A stretch of 64,000 nt of DNA from Oscillospiraceae bacterium (GCA_015064485.1 SVSD01000001.1:88989-152988); one strand, 5' to 3'; shown: positions 37,273-46,964, numbered from the stretch's first letter. The notes: generated by a model from the sequence alone, not told the origin. A program made the numbers and translations.

Positions 37273-38466
37273 ATGGAATACAGAATATCAGACAAAATGG
37301 CGGTAATGAAACCGTCGGCAATAAGAGAAATATTTAAAAGCTTAGGCACTACCGGCGCAATTTCATTTGCGGCAGGAAACCCCGCTCCCGAAAGTTTTCC
37401 CGTTGAAGCTTTTTCAAAAATCTCAGCGGATATTCTTTCGACAAATGCGGTAACCGCTCTTCAGTACGGAACAACCGAAGGATACCCTAAGCTTCGTGAG
37501 CTTGTAAAGAAAAGAATATCCGAAAAGTTCTCTGTAGGCACCGACAATGACGATACAATAATCACCTCCGGCGGTCAGCAGGCAATTGAGCTTTGCTGCA
37601 AGGCTCTTTGCAACGAAGGGGATGCTGTAATCTGCGAAAACCCCAGCTTTATCGGTGCTCTTAACGCTTTCCGCTCAAACGGTGCAAGAACAGTAGGTGT
37701 TCCCCTTGACAATGACGGCATAAATATCGCGGCTTTGGAAGAAACTCTCAAAAATGAGGGCAACAAGGCAAAAATACTTTATGTCATCCCTACATTCCAG
37801 AATCCCGGCGGAATCACAACAAGTCTTGAAAAGAGAAAAGAAATTTATGCTCTTGCAAGAAAATATGATGTTGTTATAATCGAAGATAACCCTTACGGCG
37901 ACCTTCGTTTTGACGGCGAAGATGTTCCAACAATAAAAAGTATGGATGAAGACGGACGGGTTGTTTACTGCGGTTCGTTCTCAAAAATCCTCTCGGCAGG
38001 TATGCGAGTAGGCTTTGCCTGTGCAAACAAGGAACTTCTCCAAAAGATGGTGGTTGCAAAGCAGGTTGAGGATGTTCATACAAATATGTTCTTCCAGATG
38101 ATGTGTGCCGAATATATGGAAAAATATGACCTCGACGCTCACATCGAAACAATTCGCAGCCTCTACCGCCACAAATGCCACAAGATGCTCGAATGTCTTG
38201 ATAAGTATATGCCGAAAGAAGTAAAGTTCACTCGCCCCGAGGGCGGACTTTTCCTTTGGTGTACATTGCCCGAAGGAATTGCTCTTTCTGACTTTGTAAA
38301 CCGTGCAAAGGATTCTCTTGTTTTTGTAGTACCCGGTACTGCATTCAACTGTAACGAAAGTGCTCCTTCCGACTCTTTCCGCCTTAACTATTCGATGCCT
38401 TCGGATGAAGAGATCGAAAAGGGTATAAAGATACTCGGCGATATTATAAAAGATATGCTTAAATAA
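37273..38466 (+). CDS. PLP-dependent aminotransferase, class I/II (aromatic/2-aminoadipate-type)
   Basis: ATG 37273. KPSAIREIFK.., ..NPGG.. and PLP-lysine block GSFSKILSAGMRVG. Confidence 0.8.
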   Translation: MEYRISDKMAVMKPSAIREIFKSLGTTGAISFAAGNPAPESFPVEAFSKISADILSTNAVTALQYGTTEGYPKLRELVKKRISEKFSVGTDNDDTIITSGGQQAIELCCKALCNEGDAVICENPSFIGALNAFRSNGARTVGVPLDNDGINIAALEETLKNEGNKAKILYVIPTFQNPGGITTSLEKRKEIYALARKYDVVIIEDNPYGDLRFDGEDVPTIKSMDEDGRVVYCGSFSKILSAGMRVGFACANKELLQKMVVAKQVEDVHTNMFFQMMCAEYMEKYDLDAHIETIRSLYRHKCHKMLECLDKYMPKEVKFTRPEGGLFLWCTLPEGIALSDFVNRAKDSLVFVVPGTAFNCNESAPSDSFRLNYSMPSDEEIEKGIKILGDIIKDMLK

Positions 38467-38468
38467 TC

Positions 38469-38510
38469 AAAAAAGGACTAATGGATAAATCCATCGGTCC
38501 TTTTTGTTTT
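38469..38510. terminator. Bidirectional terminator between convergent genes
   Basis: aaaaaggac..atgga-taaa-tccat..gtccttttt. Confidence 0.7.
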
Positions 38511-38516
38511 AATTCT

Positions 38517-38987
38517 TCAATAATAAATCCAGCTTGACGGAATCAAAAATGTATACGGAGCCGTAAATACGGCAAAAACTATCGGCATCCAAAGTCTTAT
38601 TTTTCTGTCACATTTTCTGAAAGTGATAAAATAATTAAACACAAAAATAAGAGTTGCCGAAATTAAAAGTCCGGGAAGTGTAAGATAAAGCTCGTCGCCC
38701 ATTCTTCCGATCTCAAACACAAGCACCATAAAAAGCATATATGCCGATCCGATTATGTCGGAGAATAAGCCAAAGGCGAAGATTTTCAATATGTGTTTTT
38801 TGTAAAACTGTTTTTTGCCCGCAATTTTAAGTGCAAACAAGCTTATTATTAAAACAAGGCTGTCAATTATGAAATTGCCCGGCAGAACAATAAGCCATAA
38901 CTGCGGAAAAAGCATAAGCATCCATAAAGGGAATAAAACATTGTAGAGTTTTGTCCCTTTTTTTGTGTTTCCGGAAGATTTTTTCAT
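38517..38987 (-). CDS. Small polytopic membrane protein, function unknown
   Basis: 156 aa, four hydrophobic segments. Confidence 0.45.
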   Translation of the reverse strand: MKKSSGNTKKGTKLYNVLFPLWMLMLFPQLWLIVLPGNFIIDSLVLIISLFALKIAGKKQFYKKHILKIFAFGLFSDIIGSAYMLFMVLVFEIGRMGDELYLTLPGLLISATLIFVFNYFITFRKCDRKIRLWMPIVFAVFTAPYTFLIPSSWIYY

Positions 38988-39009
38988 AACAAACAGCCTC
39001 CTTTTGAAG

Positions 39010-39666
39010 TTACGGTTTTTGTTTCAAGCCTATTATATAACTATACATCTTGACAAGACCTGTACTGAGCAAAGCACCGCCTACAATATCGGTAAGCCAA
39101 TGCACACCCGAAACAAGTCTTGCAAAGACCATAAAGATAATAAACACAAAAATTGCTGTATTTACGGTTTTTCTCAAAACAGGATTTTTAATTCTGCAGT
39201 TTGTTTGCATCATTGCAGTCGGCATTATGCACATTACAAGCATTGTGGTCGACGAGGGGTACGACGCTTCAAGACAGCCGTTTATAAGCAAAGGTCTGTA
39301 ATTCACAACAAATATTTCAAAAAGAACATATACCGCCATTACAACAACATAAAATCCGCCGAGAACAAGAATGCTGTAATCGATTTTTGAAAACTTTTTT
39401 CTCTTTATCCACTGTAAAAGCCCGAGATATGCAAATCCCAGCACAACACCTACAGGTATCAGACTTAACCAATCGGTGATGATGTAAAGATCCATATGTA
39501 CGCCTAAAAACTTATGGACAAGGCTATTTACCTTTGCAAAACCGACGGATGAGCCCTCCGGTCCTATTGCCCTTACATCAACAAGACTTACTGCCGCCGT
39601 CCAAAATAAAAATGCCGACAAAAAGCAAATTGCGATGTACAAATTTTTCTTGTTTTCTTTTTTCAC
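39010..39666 (-). CDS. PAP2-family phosphatase (membrane)
   Basis: ..SYPSSTT.. and C-terminal RLVSGVHWLTDIVGG phosphatase motif. Confidence 0.72.
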   Translation of the reverse strand: MKKENKKNLYIAICFLSAFLFWTAAVSLVDVRAIGPEGSSVGFAKVNSLVHKFLGVHMDLYIITDWLSLIPVGVVLGFAYLGLLQWIKRKKFSKIDYSILVLGGFYVVVMAVYVLFEIFVVNYRPLLINGCLEASYPSSTTMLVMCIMPTAMMQTNCRIKNPVLRKTVNTAIFVFIIFMVFARLVSGVHWLTDIVGGALLSTGLVKMYSYIIGLKQKP

Positions 39667-39773
39667 TTTTAAATTCCTCCTTTTGTTTTCGGCTTTCGCC
39701 TGAATACACTTTACAGGAGGATGGAAGAAACCGCAAGAAACGAGTCTTCACATTAATGACACCTTTCGTGTCA

Positions 39774-40376
39774 TCACTTTTTTATAAGCATCATTGCCTT
39801 TATTAGAAATAATACGAATAAAAATGCCGCCGCATACGGCTGTGAACTTACGATAAAAAGAAGGAGTCCTGACGCATTTAATATCAACGATATTTTATTT
39901 TTGGCATTTTCGGGAAATTTCCCGCAAAAATTTTGAGTTGCAAGAAGAAAAACTCCCGAAAAGAAACTCAAAATAACAAACACATAATACGGAACTTTAA
40001 GATACAAGGCAATTTCCGTTAGCGTTAAGAGAGAAACTTCCTTTATTATCCCTTCTTTGTTTTGTCCGAAAAAAGGCAGAAAAATTAACATCGCAATACT
40101 TATATCGAGTAACCCGAAAACCAATCCGAAAAAACGGTTTTCTTTTTTCTTGCTGTCTTCTTCGGCAATCGTCAGCATTTCGTCGCACGAAAGAAGCTCG
40201 TCTATTGTTACCGAGAAAAATTTTGCTATTTCCTTTAAAGATTCTATTCCGGGATATCCTCTTCCCGACTCCCACTTGGAAATTGCGGTCCTTGACACAT
40301 AAAGAGCACTTGCGAGTTCTTCCTGTGTCAAGCCTTTTTGTTTTCTCAGCGTCTGTAATTTTTCATTGAATTCCAT
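39774..40376 (-). CDS. Membrane-anchored XRE-family HTH regulator
   Basis: N-terminal LRKQKGLTQEELASALYVSRTAISKWESG followed by four hydrophobic segments. Confidence 0.75.
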   Translation of the reverse strand: MEFNEKLQTLRKQKGLTQEELASALYVSRTAISKWESGRGYPGIESLKEIAKFFSVTIDELLSCDEMLTIAEEDSKKKENRFFGLVFGLLDISIAMLIFLPFFGQNKEGIIKEVSLLTLTEIALYLKVPYYVFVILSFFSGVFLLATQNFCGKFPENAKNKISLILNASGLLLFIVSSQPYAAAFLFVLFLIKAMMLIKK

Positions 40377-40589
40377 ACCAAATGCTCTTTCTTTTTACAA
40401 ACTTTATTCTTTATAATATTCTAACACAAAAATGTGTGAAAATAAATATACTGTTTTATTTTTTTAATCGGATGTCGTATCGGTTGAAGAATTATTTACA
40501 ATATGATATAATATAAAAGCAGTCTTTATAATATCGGTACAAGTTTACTAAATTGCCGAAACACTCACACGAAAGAAAGAGGTAAGAAT

Positions 40590-41204
40590 ATGAAACGCAT
40601 ATTTTTGATATTTTCTGCTTTTATTATACTTATGCTTTTTGCCGGATGCAACAATACCGAAGTATCACAGCATGACAAAGATAACAGTGCAGATGTTCCC
40701 CTAAACACCGATCTTTCAATAAACAGTAACACAGCTTTTGCTGAATTCAGAACAAGATATATTATGGAGTTTTACGGTATGCACGATTTTGTTGCAAAGC
40801 TTGTAGATGAAGACCGTCTTTGGGACTGGATGACTATGTTTGAAACCGGTGAACGCTCCTTATGGGAAATGACTTTACTTTCTCAGGTAACAGAGCTTGA
40901 AATTTCGCAAGAAGCACTTCTTGATGCAAACCGGGAAAGCGGAGGGCTTTTTTCGGACGAACAGATAAAATCTCTTTATTCCGGGGATATCAAAAAGGTC
41001 AACGAAGCCTTTGCAAACCCTTATTCACTTGTGGTTGACGGTGAAATATTTACTCCCGACTGGCTTACACAGCATTCGCCGGATGATTATATAAAAAACG
41101 GAATCACATCCGACATTTTAAAGGAATATATGATAAAGATTGATATTCCGGAATTGAACTTTGCCTATGCCTCCATCGCAATCAACGCAAATGCTATTGA
41201 CTGA
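40590..41204 (+). CDS. Lipoprotein, function unknown
   Basis: Lipobox ..LMLFAGC NNTE. Confidence 0.55.
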   Translation: MKRIFLIFSAFIILMLFAGCNNTEVSQHDKDNSADVPLNTDLSINSNTAFAEFRTRYIMEFYGMHDFVAKLVDEDRLWDWMTMFETGERSLWEMTLLSQVTELEISQEALLDANRESGGLFSDEQIKSLYSGDIKKVNEAFANPYSLVVDGEIFTPDWLTQHSPDDYIKNGITSDILKEYMIKIDIPELNFAYASIAINANAID

Positions 41205-41228
41205 TGAATAAGCTAATACTAATAAACC

Positions 41229-41268
41229 CAAATGCGGCGTTTTATATGAACGCCGCATTTTATTGTTT
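41229..41268 (+). terminator. Terminator of the lipoprotein gene
   Basis: aaatgcggcgtt / aacgccgcattt stem then T-rich run. Confidence 0.75.
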
Positions 41269-41288
41269 TACAAATTCACAAATTTTCA

Positions 41289-41317
41289 TTGACTAAACTC
41301 CCGCTTTATGTTACAAT
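41289..41317 (+). promoter_or_regulatory. Promoter of ychF-ybaB-recR
   Basis: TTGACT (41289-41294), 17-nt spacer, TACAAT (41312-41317). Confidence 0.55.
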
Positions 41318-41429
41318 ATAATGAATTGGAATGTGCGGTTTATATACTCCAAAGTACACTTTAGAAGTTTTGGTTAAAAACATTTACAAACACCCAATAA
41401 ACCGTATAAAACGAAGGAGAAACTGAAAT

Positions 41430-42530
41430 ATGAAACTTGGTATAGTAGGTCTTCCGAATGTCGGAAAAAGTACGCTTTTCAACGCCATAACAAAAGCAGG
41501 TGCGGATGCGGCAAACTACCCTTTCTGCACAATCGACCCCAATGTAGGTATTGCCCTTGTTCCCGATTCACGCCTTGATGTACTCGCAAAGATGTACAAC
41601 CCTAAAAAATACACCCCCGCAGTTATTGAATTTGTTGATATTGCAGGTCTTGTAAAGGGCGCGTCAAAGGGCGAAGGATTGGGCAACAAGTTCCTTTCAC
41701 ACATCCGTGAAGTTGATGCGATCGTTCATGTTGTGAGATGTTTTGAAAACGACGATATCGTTCATGTAAACGGTACTGTTGACCCTAAAGGGGATGTTGA
41801 AACAATAAATCTTGAGCTCATCTATTCGGATATAGAAATTCTTGAAAGAAGACTTGACAGAGATAACAAGATATTAAAGGGCGACAAATCCATTTCTTCC
41901 GAAATCGACCTTATCAAAAAGCTCCTTGAAACCTTGAACGAAGGCAAAAGTGCAAGAACTCTTGCAGGTGAGCTTTCGGACGATCAGAAGGAAATGCTTA
42001 AAGATATCCCTCTTCTCAGCATGAAGCCTATTATATATGCTGCAAACATCGACGAAAACGAGATCGCAGACGACCCGATGAACAACAAGTATTATGTAGC
42101 TCTCAAGGAACACGCAGATGCGGAAAACTCGGGGATCATCTCGATATGCGCTCAGCTTGAAGCTGAAATCGCAACTCTTGAAGATGACGAGAAGGACGAA
42201 TTTTTAAAGGATCTCGGTCTTCCTTGTTCCGGCCTTGACAAGCTCGTTTCTGCTTGTTACAGCCTTCTCGGTCTTATCAGCTTCCTTACAGCAGGTCCTG
42301 AAGAAGTCCGTGCATGGACAATTACAGCAGGTACCCGCGCACCTCAGGCGGCAGGAAAGATACACACAGACTTTGAAAGAGGTTTTATACGCGCCGAAAT
42401 CGTAGCGTTTAATGACCTTGTTGAATGCGGTTCGCTTGCGGCGGCGCGCGACAAAGGTCTTATGCGTTCCGAAGGCAAGGAATATGTGATGAAAGACGGC
42501 GATGTTGTGCTGTTCAGATTTAATGTGTAA
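41430..42530 (+). CDS. ychF: Redox-regulated ATPase YchF
   Basis: MKLGIVGLPNVGKSTLFNAIT.. and the C-terminal TGS-type domain. Confidence 0.92.
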   Translation: MKLGIVGLPNVGKSTLFNAITKAGADAANYPFCTIDPNVGIALVPDSRLDVLAKMYNPKKYTPAVIEFVDIAGLVKGASKGEGLGNKFLSHIREVDAIVHVVRCFENDDIVHVNGTVDPKGDVETINLELIYSDIEILERRLDRDNKILKGDKSISSEIDLIKKLLETLNEGKSARTLAGELSDDQKEMLKDIPLLSMKPIIYAANIDENEIADDPMNNKYYVALKEHADAENSGIISICAQLEAEIATLEDDEKDEFLKDLGLPCSGLDKLVSACYSLLGLISFLTAGPEEVRAWTITAGTRAPQAAGKIHTDFERGFIRAEIVAFNDLVECGSLAAARDKGLMRSEGKEYVMKDGDVVLFRFNV

Positions 42531-42551
42531 TAAATTTTGGAGGATTATAAA

Positions 42552-42899
42552 ATGAAAGCAAGATTACCAAAAGGTATGGGCGGCGGCCCCCAGAATATGC
42601 AGTCTATGTTGAAGCAGGCTCAGAAAATGCAGGAGGAAATGGAAAAAACTCAGGCGGAGCTTGAGGAAAAAGAATATGAAACTCAGGCAGGCGGCGGTGC
42701 TGTAAAGGTTAAAATAAACGGCAAAAAGGAAATCATATCTCTTGAAATTTCCCCCGACATTGTTGATCCCGACGACATCGAAACTCTTTCTGATGTTATA
42801 GTTGCGGCTGTTAACGATGCGATTAAAAAAGTAGAAACCTCGAATGCCGAAGCGATGAACAAAATCACCGGAAACCTCAGTGTTCCCGGACTTTTCTGA
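42552..42899 (+). CDS. ybaB: YbaB/EbfC nucleoid-associated protein
   Basis: ATG 42552 after GGAGGA. ..MQSMLKQAQKMQEEMEKTQAEL.. typical of the family. Confidence 0.85.
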   Translation: MKARLPKGMGGGPQNMQSMLKQAQKMQEEMEKTQAELEEKEYETQAGGGAVKVKINGKKEIISLEISPDIVDPDDIETLSDVIVAAVNDAIKKVETSNAEAMNKITGNLSVPGLF

Positions 42900-42905
42900 T
42901 AGACT

Positions 42906-43535
42906 ATGGAAAACAAAAGCGGCTTTGTCGCTCCTCTTGAAAGGTTGGCAGAACAATTCAAAAAGCTTCCCGGAATCGGTAAAAAAAGCGCTTACCGTCT
43001 TGCGTACCATGTGCTTGATTACAGCGATGCCCAGGCGCAAAGCTTTGCTGACGCAATACTTGATGCCAAAAGGCTTATTTGCCGTTGCAGTGTTTGTCAG
43101 AATATAAGCGACAGCGAAGTATGCTCAATATGTTCTCAGGCTAAAAGAAATAAAAACCTCATCTGTCTTGTGGAAGACCCAAGAGATGTTGCGGCAATCG
43201 AAAAGCTTGGCGAATTTGACGGAGTTTATCATGTTCTTGGCGGAGTTCTCTCGCCTCTTGACGGAAAAGGCCCCGACAAGCTCAAAATACCCGAGCTTCT
43301 CAAAAGGATTGAAGTTCTCCGAAAGGAAAACGGCGACGAATATGAGATAGAAGTAATTGCCGCCACAAATCCGAATGTCGAGGGCGAAGCTACCGCTATG
43401 TATATCTCAAGGCTTTTAAAACCGCTCGGCGTCAAAGTAACTCGCCTTGCAAAGGGAATTCCTGTCGGCGGAGACCTTGAATATGCCGACGATGTAACAC
43501 TCTTTAAGGCTATCGAGGGTAGAGTTGAAATGTAA
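42906..43535 (+). CDS. recR: Recombination protein RecR
   Basis: HhH LPGIGKKSAYRLAYH, zinc finger CSVCQNISDSEVCSICS, Toprim LCLVEDPRDV. Confidence 0.92.
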   Translation: MENKSGFVAPLERLAEQFKKLPGIGKKSAYRLAYHVLDYSDAQAQSFADAILDAKRLICRCSVCQNISDSEVCSICSQAKRNKNLICLVEDPRDVAAIEKLGEFDGVYHVLGGVLSPLDGKGPDKLKIPELLKRIEVLRKENGDEYEIEVIAATNPNVEGEATAMYISRLLKPLGVKVTRLAKGIPVGGDLEYADDVTLFKAIEGRVEM

Positions 43536-43540
43536 TGAAT

Positions 43541-43590
43541 TAAAAAGGAGCTGTAAAAAATTACAGCTCCTTTTTTACATCCCTTTCTTA
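43541..43590 (+). terminator. recR terminator; GGAGCTGTA hairpin family copy followed directly by ttttttacatcccttt
   Basis: Hairpin identical to 9289..9312. The T-run runs straight into acatcccttt, the sequence that ends both family-A repeats. Confidence 0.8.
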
Positions 43591-43661
43591 ATCTGTATTT
43601 ACTTCTCCCTTTATTTTGTGTATAATAATTACAGAAAACAAAAGGATATTTAAAGTAAAAT

Positions 43662-44540
43662 ATGAGAAAAGTTTCTTTTTTGATAACAAATGAATATGAC
43701 GGGATGAAGGTCGGCGATATATTAAAGCGAATGAACATTTCCTCAAGGCTTCTTCCCGAACTTAAGCGCACAGGCGGAATACTTTTAAACGGCAATATCG
43801 TAACCGTCAGAGAAAAGATAAAAGACGGCGATACCGTATCTGTCGTTCTTTATGAGGAAAGCTCCTCCGAAAATGTTATACCGACAAATATATCTCTTGA
43901 TATCATCTACGAGGATGAGGACATTCTTGCGGTCTGCAAGCCGAAGGATATGCCGGTCCATCCCAGCGCCTATAATTACGACAACACCCTCGGCAACGCC
44001 GTTATGTATTACTATCGTAATCAGAAATTCGTTTTCCGCCCGATAACCCGTCTTGACAGGGATACGACAGGTATTGTCATCATTGCAAAAAACAAGCTTT
44101 CCGCCGCCATCCTTTCGGATGAAATAAAAAACGGCGATATTAAAAAAACATATCTTGCATATCTTTCAAAAACTCCGAAAGACGATGTCGGCAAGATCGA
44201 AGCTCCGATTTTGCGAGAGACGGAAAGTGTTATAAAGCGCAAAGTGGATAAAGACGGCAAATACGCCCTTACCGAATATGAAATAATAAAAAAGCTTGAC
44301 GATGGCAGATGTATCGCAAAAGTTTCCCCCATAACAGGAAGAACCCATCAGATAAGAGTACATATGGCACATATAGGTTGTCCTCTGACATACGACTACC
44401 TTTACGGCACAGAAATCGAAGGAGAAACTTTATATTTACACTGTATGTCTTTGGAATTTACCCATCCTATAACAAGAGAAAAACTTATTTTGTCCTGCCC
44501 TCCGCCGGAAGACGGAGAGCTTTCACAAAAGCTTTCTTGA
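43662..44540 (+). CDS. RluA-family pseudouridine synthase with N-terminal S4-like domain
   Basis: Catalytic block ITRLDRDTTGIVIIAK and ..GRTHQIRVHMAHIG. Confidence 0.82.
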   Translation: MRKVSFLITNEYDGMKVGDILKRMNISSRLLPELKRTGGILLNGNIVTVREKIKDGDTVSVVLYEESSSENVIPTNISLDIIYEDEDILAVCKPKDMPVHPSAYNYDNTLGNAVMYYYRNQKFVFRPITRLDRDTTGIVIIAKNKLSAAILSDEIKNGDIKKTYLAYLSKTPKDDVGKIEAPILRETESVIKRKVDKDGKYALTEYEIIKKLDDGRCIAKVSPITGRTHQIRVHMAHIGCPLTYDYLYGTEIEGETLYLHCMSLEFTHPITREKLILSCPPPEDGELSQKLS

Positions 44541-45104
44541 ACTGAGTGTTTTTATGACAAAAAATGCGCCGACGGCTGTAAATACAGTTTCGGGAAGCAT
44601 ATATCCGCCGTTATAGAAAAGCGAATATAAATACGGGTTTGCACCGAACTGTTCAATAAAGCTTTCGGGGATCGAGTTTGCCCAGATTGTAACACCCGAA
44701 AGATAATGGCACAAAAATCTCAATGCGCAGACTCCGACCACCCCTAAAACCGAGGAAAGAGCACCTTTGTCCTTCAAAAAGCCAACAAGTCCGAGCACCG
44801 TAAATGCTAAAATGTAGTCAAGGATATAACAAACGATAAGGACAGTAGGCGTAAGTCCCCATCCGACGGCGCCCGACATAAGCGCCTGAGTTATCGAATA
44901 TACAAATGCAGCTCCAAGCCCCCACAACGGGCCGTGACGAAGAGCTGCAACGCACACGGGTAACATACTCAAAAGCGTAACAGCACCGCCAAAAGGCATC
45001 TCCCACACTTTTATAAAGCTTAATACAAATGATAATGCCACCATTATGGCACATTCCGAAAGAGCTCGCAGACGGGCTTTTTCTTTTTTTACCTGAGTTT
45101 TCAT
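44523..45104 (-). CDS. thiT: Thiamine transporter ThiT (ECF S component)
   Basis: ILDYILAFTVLG, RFLCHYLSGVTIWA and YSLFYNGGYMLP match blocks I recall from B. subtilis ThiT. ATG 45104 chosen because the longer ORF would include the riboswitch terminator. Confidence 0.8.
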   Translation of the reverse strand: MKTQVKKEKARLRALSECAIMVALSFVLSFIKVWEMPFGGAVTLLSMLPVCVAALRHGPLWGLGAAFVYSITQALMSGAVGWGLTPTVLIVCYILDYILAFTVLGLVGFLKDKGALSSVLGVVGVCALRFLCHYLSGVTIWANSIPESFIEQFGANPYLYSLFYNGGYMLPETVFTAVGAFFVIKTLSSRKLL

Positions 45105-45162
45105 TTTTATGATGATTCCTTTCGTTTTTTTGCAAACGCAACCTGCGGAAATTATTCTCCGG

Positions 45163-45326
45163 AAAAACAAAAACCGCCCCGAATATATCGGTGCGGTAAA
45201 TCAACATAAAAACTTTTATGAAATATCTTCCTACGCCGGTATTATCCGAACAGGTTAAAAGGGTTCGGGAAAATCCCATCTCAGCCGTATGCGGATATGG
45301 CCATATCCGTAAACAGCACCCCTGAT
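45163..45326 (-). promoter_or_regulatory. TPP (THI-box) riboswitch with terminator expression platform
   Basis: Minus-strand read caggggtgc..ggctgagatgggattttcccgaacccttttaacctgttcggataataccggcgtaggaa. Terminator accgcaccga-tatat-tcggggcggt plus tttttgttttt at 45163..45197. Confidence 0.85.
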
Positions 45327-45356
45327 ATATTCGATTGGTGCGAATGCATTGAAGAA

Positions 45357-45385
45357 ATTATATAACAAAAAACGAATTTTGTCAA
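45357..45385 (-). promoter_or_regulatory. Promoter of the TPP riboswitch/thiT unit
   Basis: Minus strand TTGACA (45385-45380), 17-nt spacer, TATAAT (45362-45357). Confidence 0.6.
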
Positions 45386-45504
45386 TAATATTTTAAAGAT
45401 TTTACTCAAAATAAGAGCAAATTTATCATTTATGTAACAAACACCCTCGTTTGGTATGATATAATCAAACCGTAGGAATTCTTCGATTATGAAAGGATTT
45501 TAAA

Positions 45505-46905
45505 ATGGAAAAAGACATACTTATCGTAGGCGCAGGACCTGCGGGAATATTTACAGCTCTGGAAATGATAAGATGCGGCTGCAAGGAAAAAATTCTTATC
45601 GTCGAAAAAGGCAAGGCTATAGAAAACCGCCGCTGTGCCAAAGACAAATCCAAGTCTTGTGTAAGCTGTAAGCCTTATTGTCACATAACAACAGGTTTTT
45701 CGGGTGCCGGAGCTTTTTCCGACGGAAAACTTTCACTTTCTTCTGATGTAGGCGGCGATCTTCCGGGTCTTATCGGCGAAGATTATGCACAGGAAATGAT
45801 AAATTATGTAGACAGCATATATCTCGAATTTGGTGCGGACACTCATGTTGAAGGCGTAAGCGATCCGGAGGCGGTAAAAGAGATAAGAAAACGAGCAATC
45901 AAAGCAGGACTTAAGCTTGTCGATTGCCCTATCCGCCATTTGGGCACAGAAAAAGCACAAGAAATATACTATTCCATCGAACAATTTCTTTTAAATAACG
46001 GAGTCGAAATTCTTTTCGGTTTCGAATGTACAAACCTTATTATGCACAACGATGTTTGTCTTGGTGCGCACATTACAGACGGAAAAATGGAATACGATGT
46101 GGCGGCAAGACAAACTATTGTTGCAACGGGAAGAAGAGGCGCCGACTGGCTTGAACACCTTTGCACAAAATACGGTATCGCTCACGATCCCGGAACTGTC
46201 GATATCGGTGTCAGAGTCGAGGTCCGCAACGAAGTTATGGAACAGGTAAACGAAGTTCTTTACGAATCGAAGCTTATCGGCTATCCTCATCCTTTTAAAA
46301 ACAAAGTGCGTACCTTCTGTCAGAATCCCGGCGGTTTTGTAAGTCAGGAAAATTACGACAACGACCTGGCGGTTGTAAACGGACATTCCTATAAAGAAAA
46401 GAAATCTTCAAATACAAACCTTGCGATTTTGTGTTCCCACAACTTCTCTACCCCCTTTAATCAGCCGATTGCATATGCGCAAAAAGTCGGCGAGCTTACA
46501 AATATGCTTGCAAACGGTCATATTCTTTGTCAGAGATTCGGTGATATTTTGGACGGTAAGAGAACCTGGCCGAAAGAGCTTGCACAGTCAAATCTGCGCC
46601 CGACACTCCCCGATGCTGTTGCGGGAGATATTACAGCTGCGATGCCCTACCGCGCGATGACAAACATTATCAATTTTATCCATGCGGTAGACGAAGTTGT
46701 TCCCGGCTTTGCATCAACAGAAACTCTTCTTTATTCTCCCGAGCTTAAGTTTTACAGTAACCGTATAAGAATGGATGCGGATTTCAACACAAGTATAAAA
46801 GGTCTTCATTGTCTGGGTGACTCAAGCGGTTGGACACGAGGTCTTATGATGGCATCTGTGATGGGAACAATTATGGGAAGAAAGCTTGCAAAAGACAGCT
46901 TATAA
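45505..46905 (+). CDS. FAD-dependent oxidoreductase (uncharacterised FAD-dependent dehydrogenase family)
   Basis: N-terminal dinucleotide-binding ILIVGAGPAGIFTA. 466 aa. Confidence 0.7.
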   Translation: MEKDILIVGAGPAGIFTALEMIRCGCKEKILIVEKGKAIENRRCAKDKSKSCVSCKPYCHITTGFSGAGAFSDGKLSLSSDVGGDLPGLIGEDYAQEMINYVDSIYLEFGADTHVEGVSDPEAVKEIRKRAIKAGLKLVDCPIRHLGTEKAQEIYYSIEQFLLNNGVEILFGFECTNLIMHNDVCLGAHITDGKMEYDVAARQTIVATGRRGADWLEHLCTKYGIAHDPGTVDIGVRVEVRNEVMEQVNEVLYESKLIGYPHPFKNKVRTFCQNPGGFVSQENYDNDLAVVNGHSYKEKKSSNTNLAILCSHNFSTPFNQPIAYAQKVGELTNMLANGHILCQRFGDILDGKRTWPKELAQSNLRPTLPDAVAGDITAAMPYRAMTNIINFIHAVDEVVPGFASTETLLYSPELKFYSNRIRMDADFNTSIKGLHCLGDSSGWTRGLMMASVMGTIMGRKLAKDSL

Positions 46906-46908
46906 GAT

Positions 46909-46944
46909 AATTCGGGAGGGAAATTCCCTCCCGAAATTTATTTC
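46909..46944 (+). terminator. Terminator of the FAD oxidoreductase gene
   Basis: ttcgggaggg-aaat-tccctcccgaa. Confidence 0.7.
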
Positions 46945-46964
46945 AATATTTTCTCAAAAAAGGG

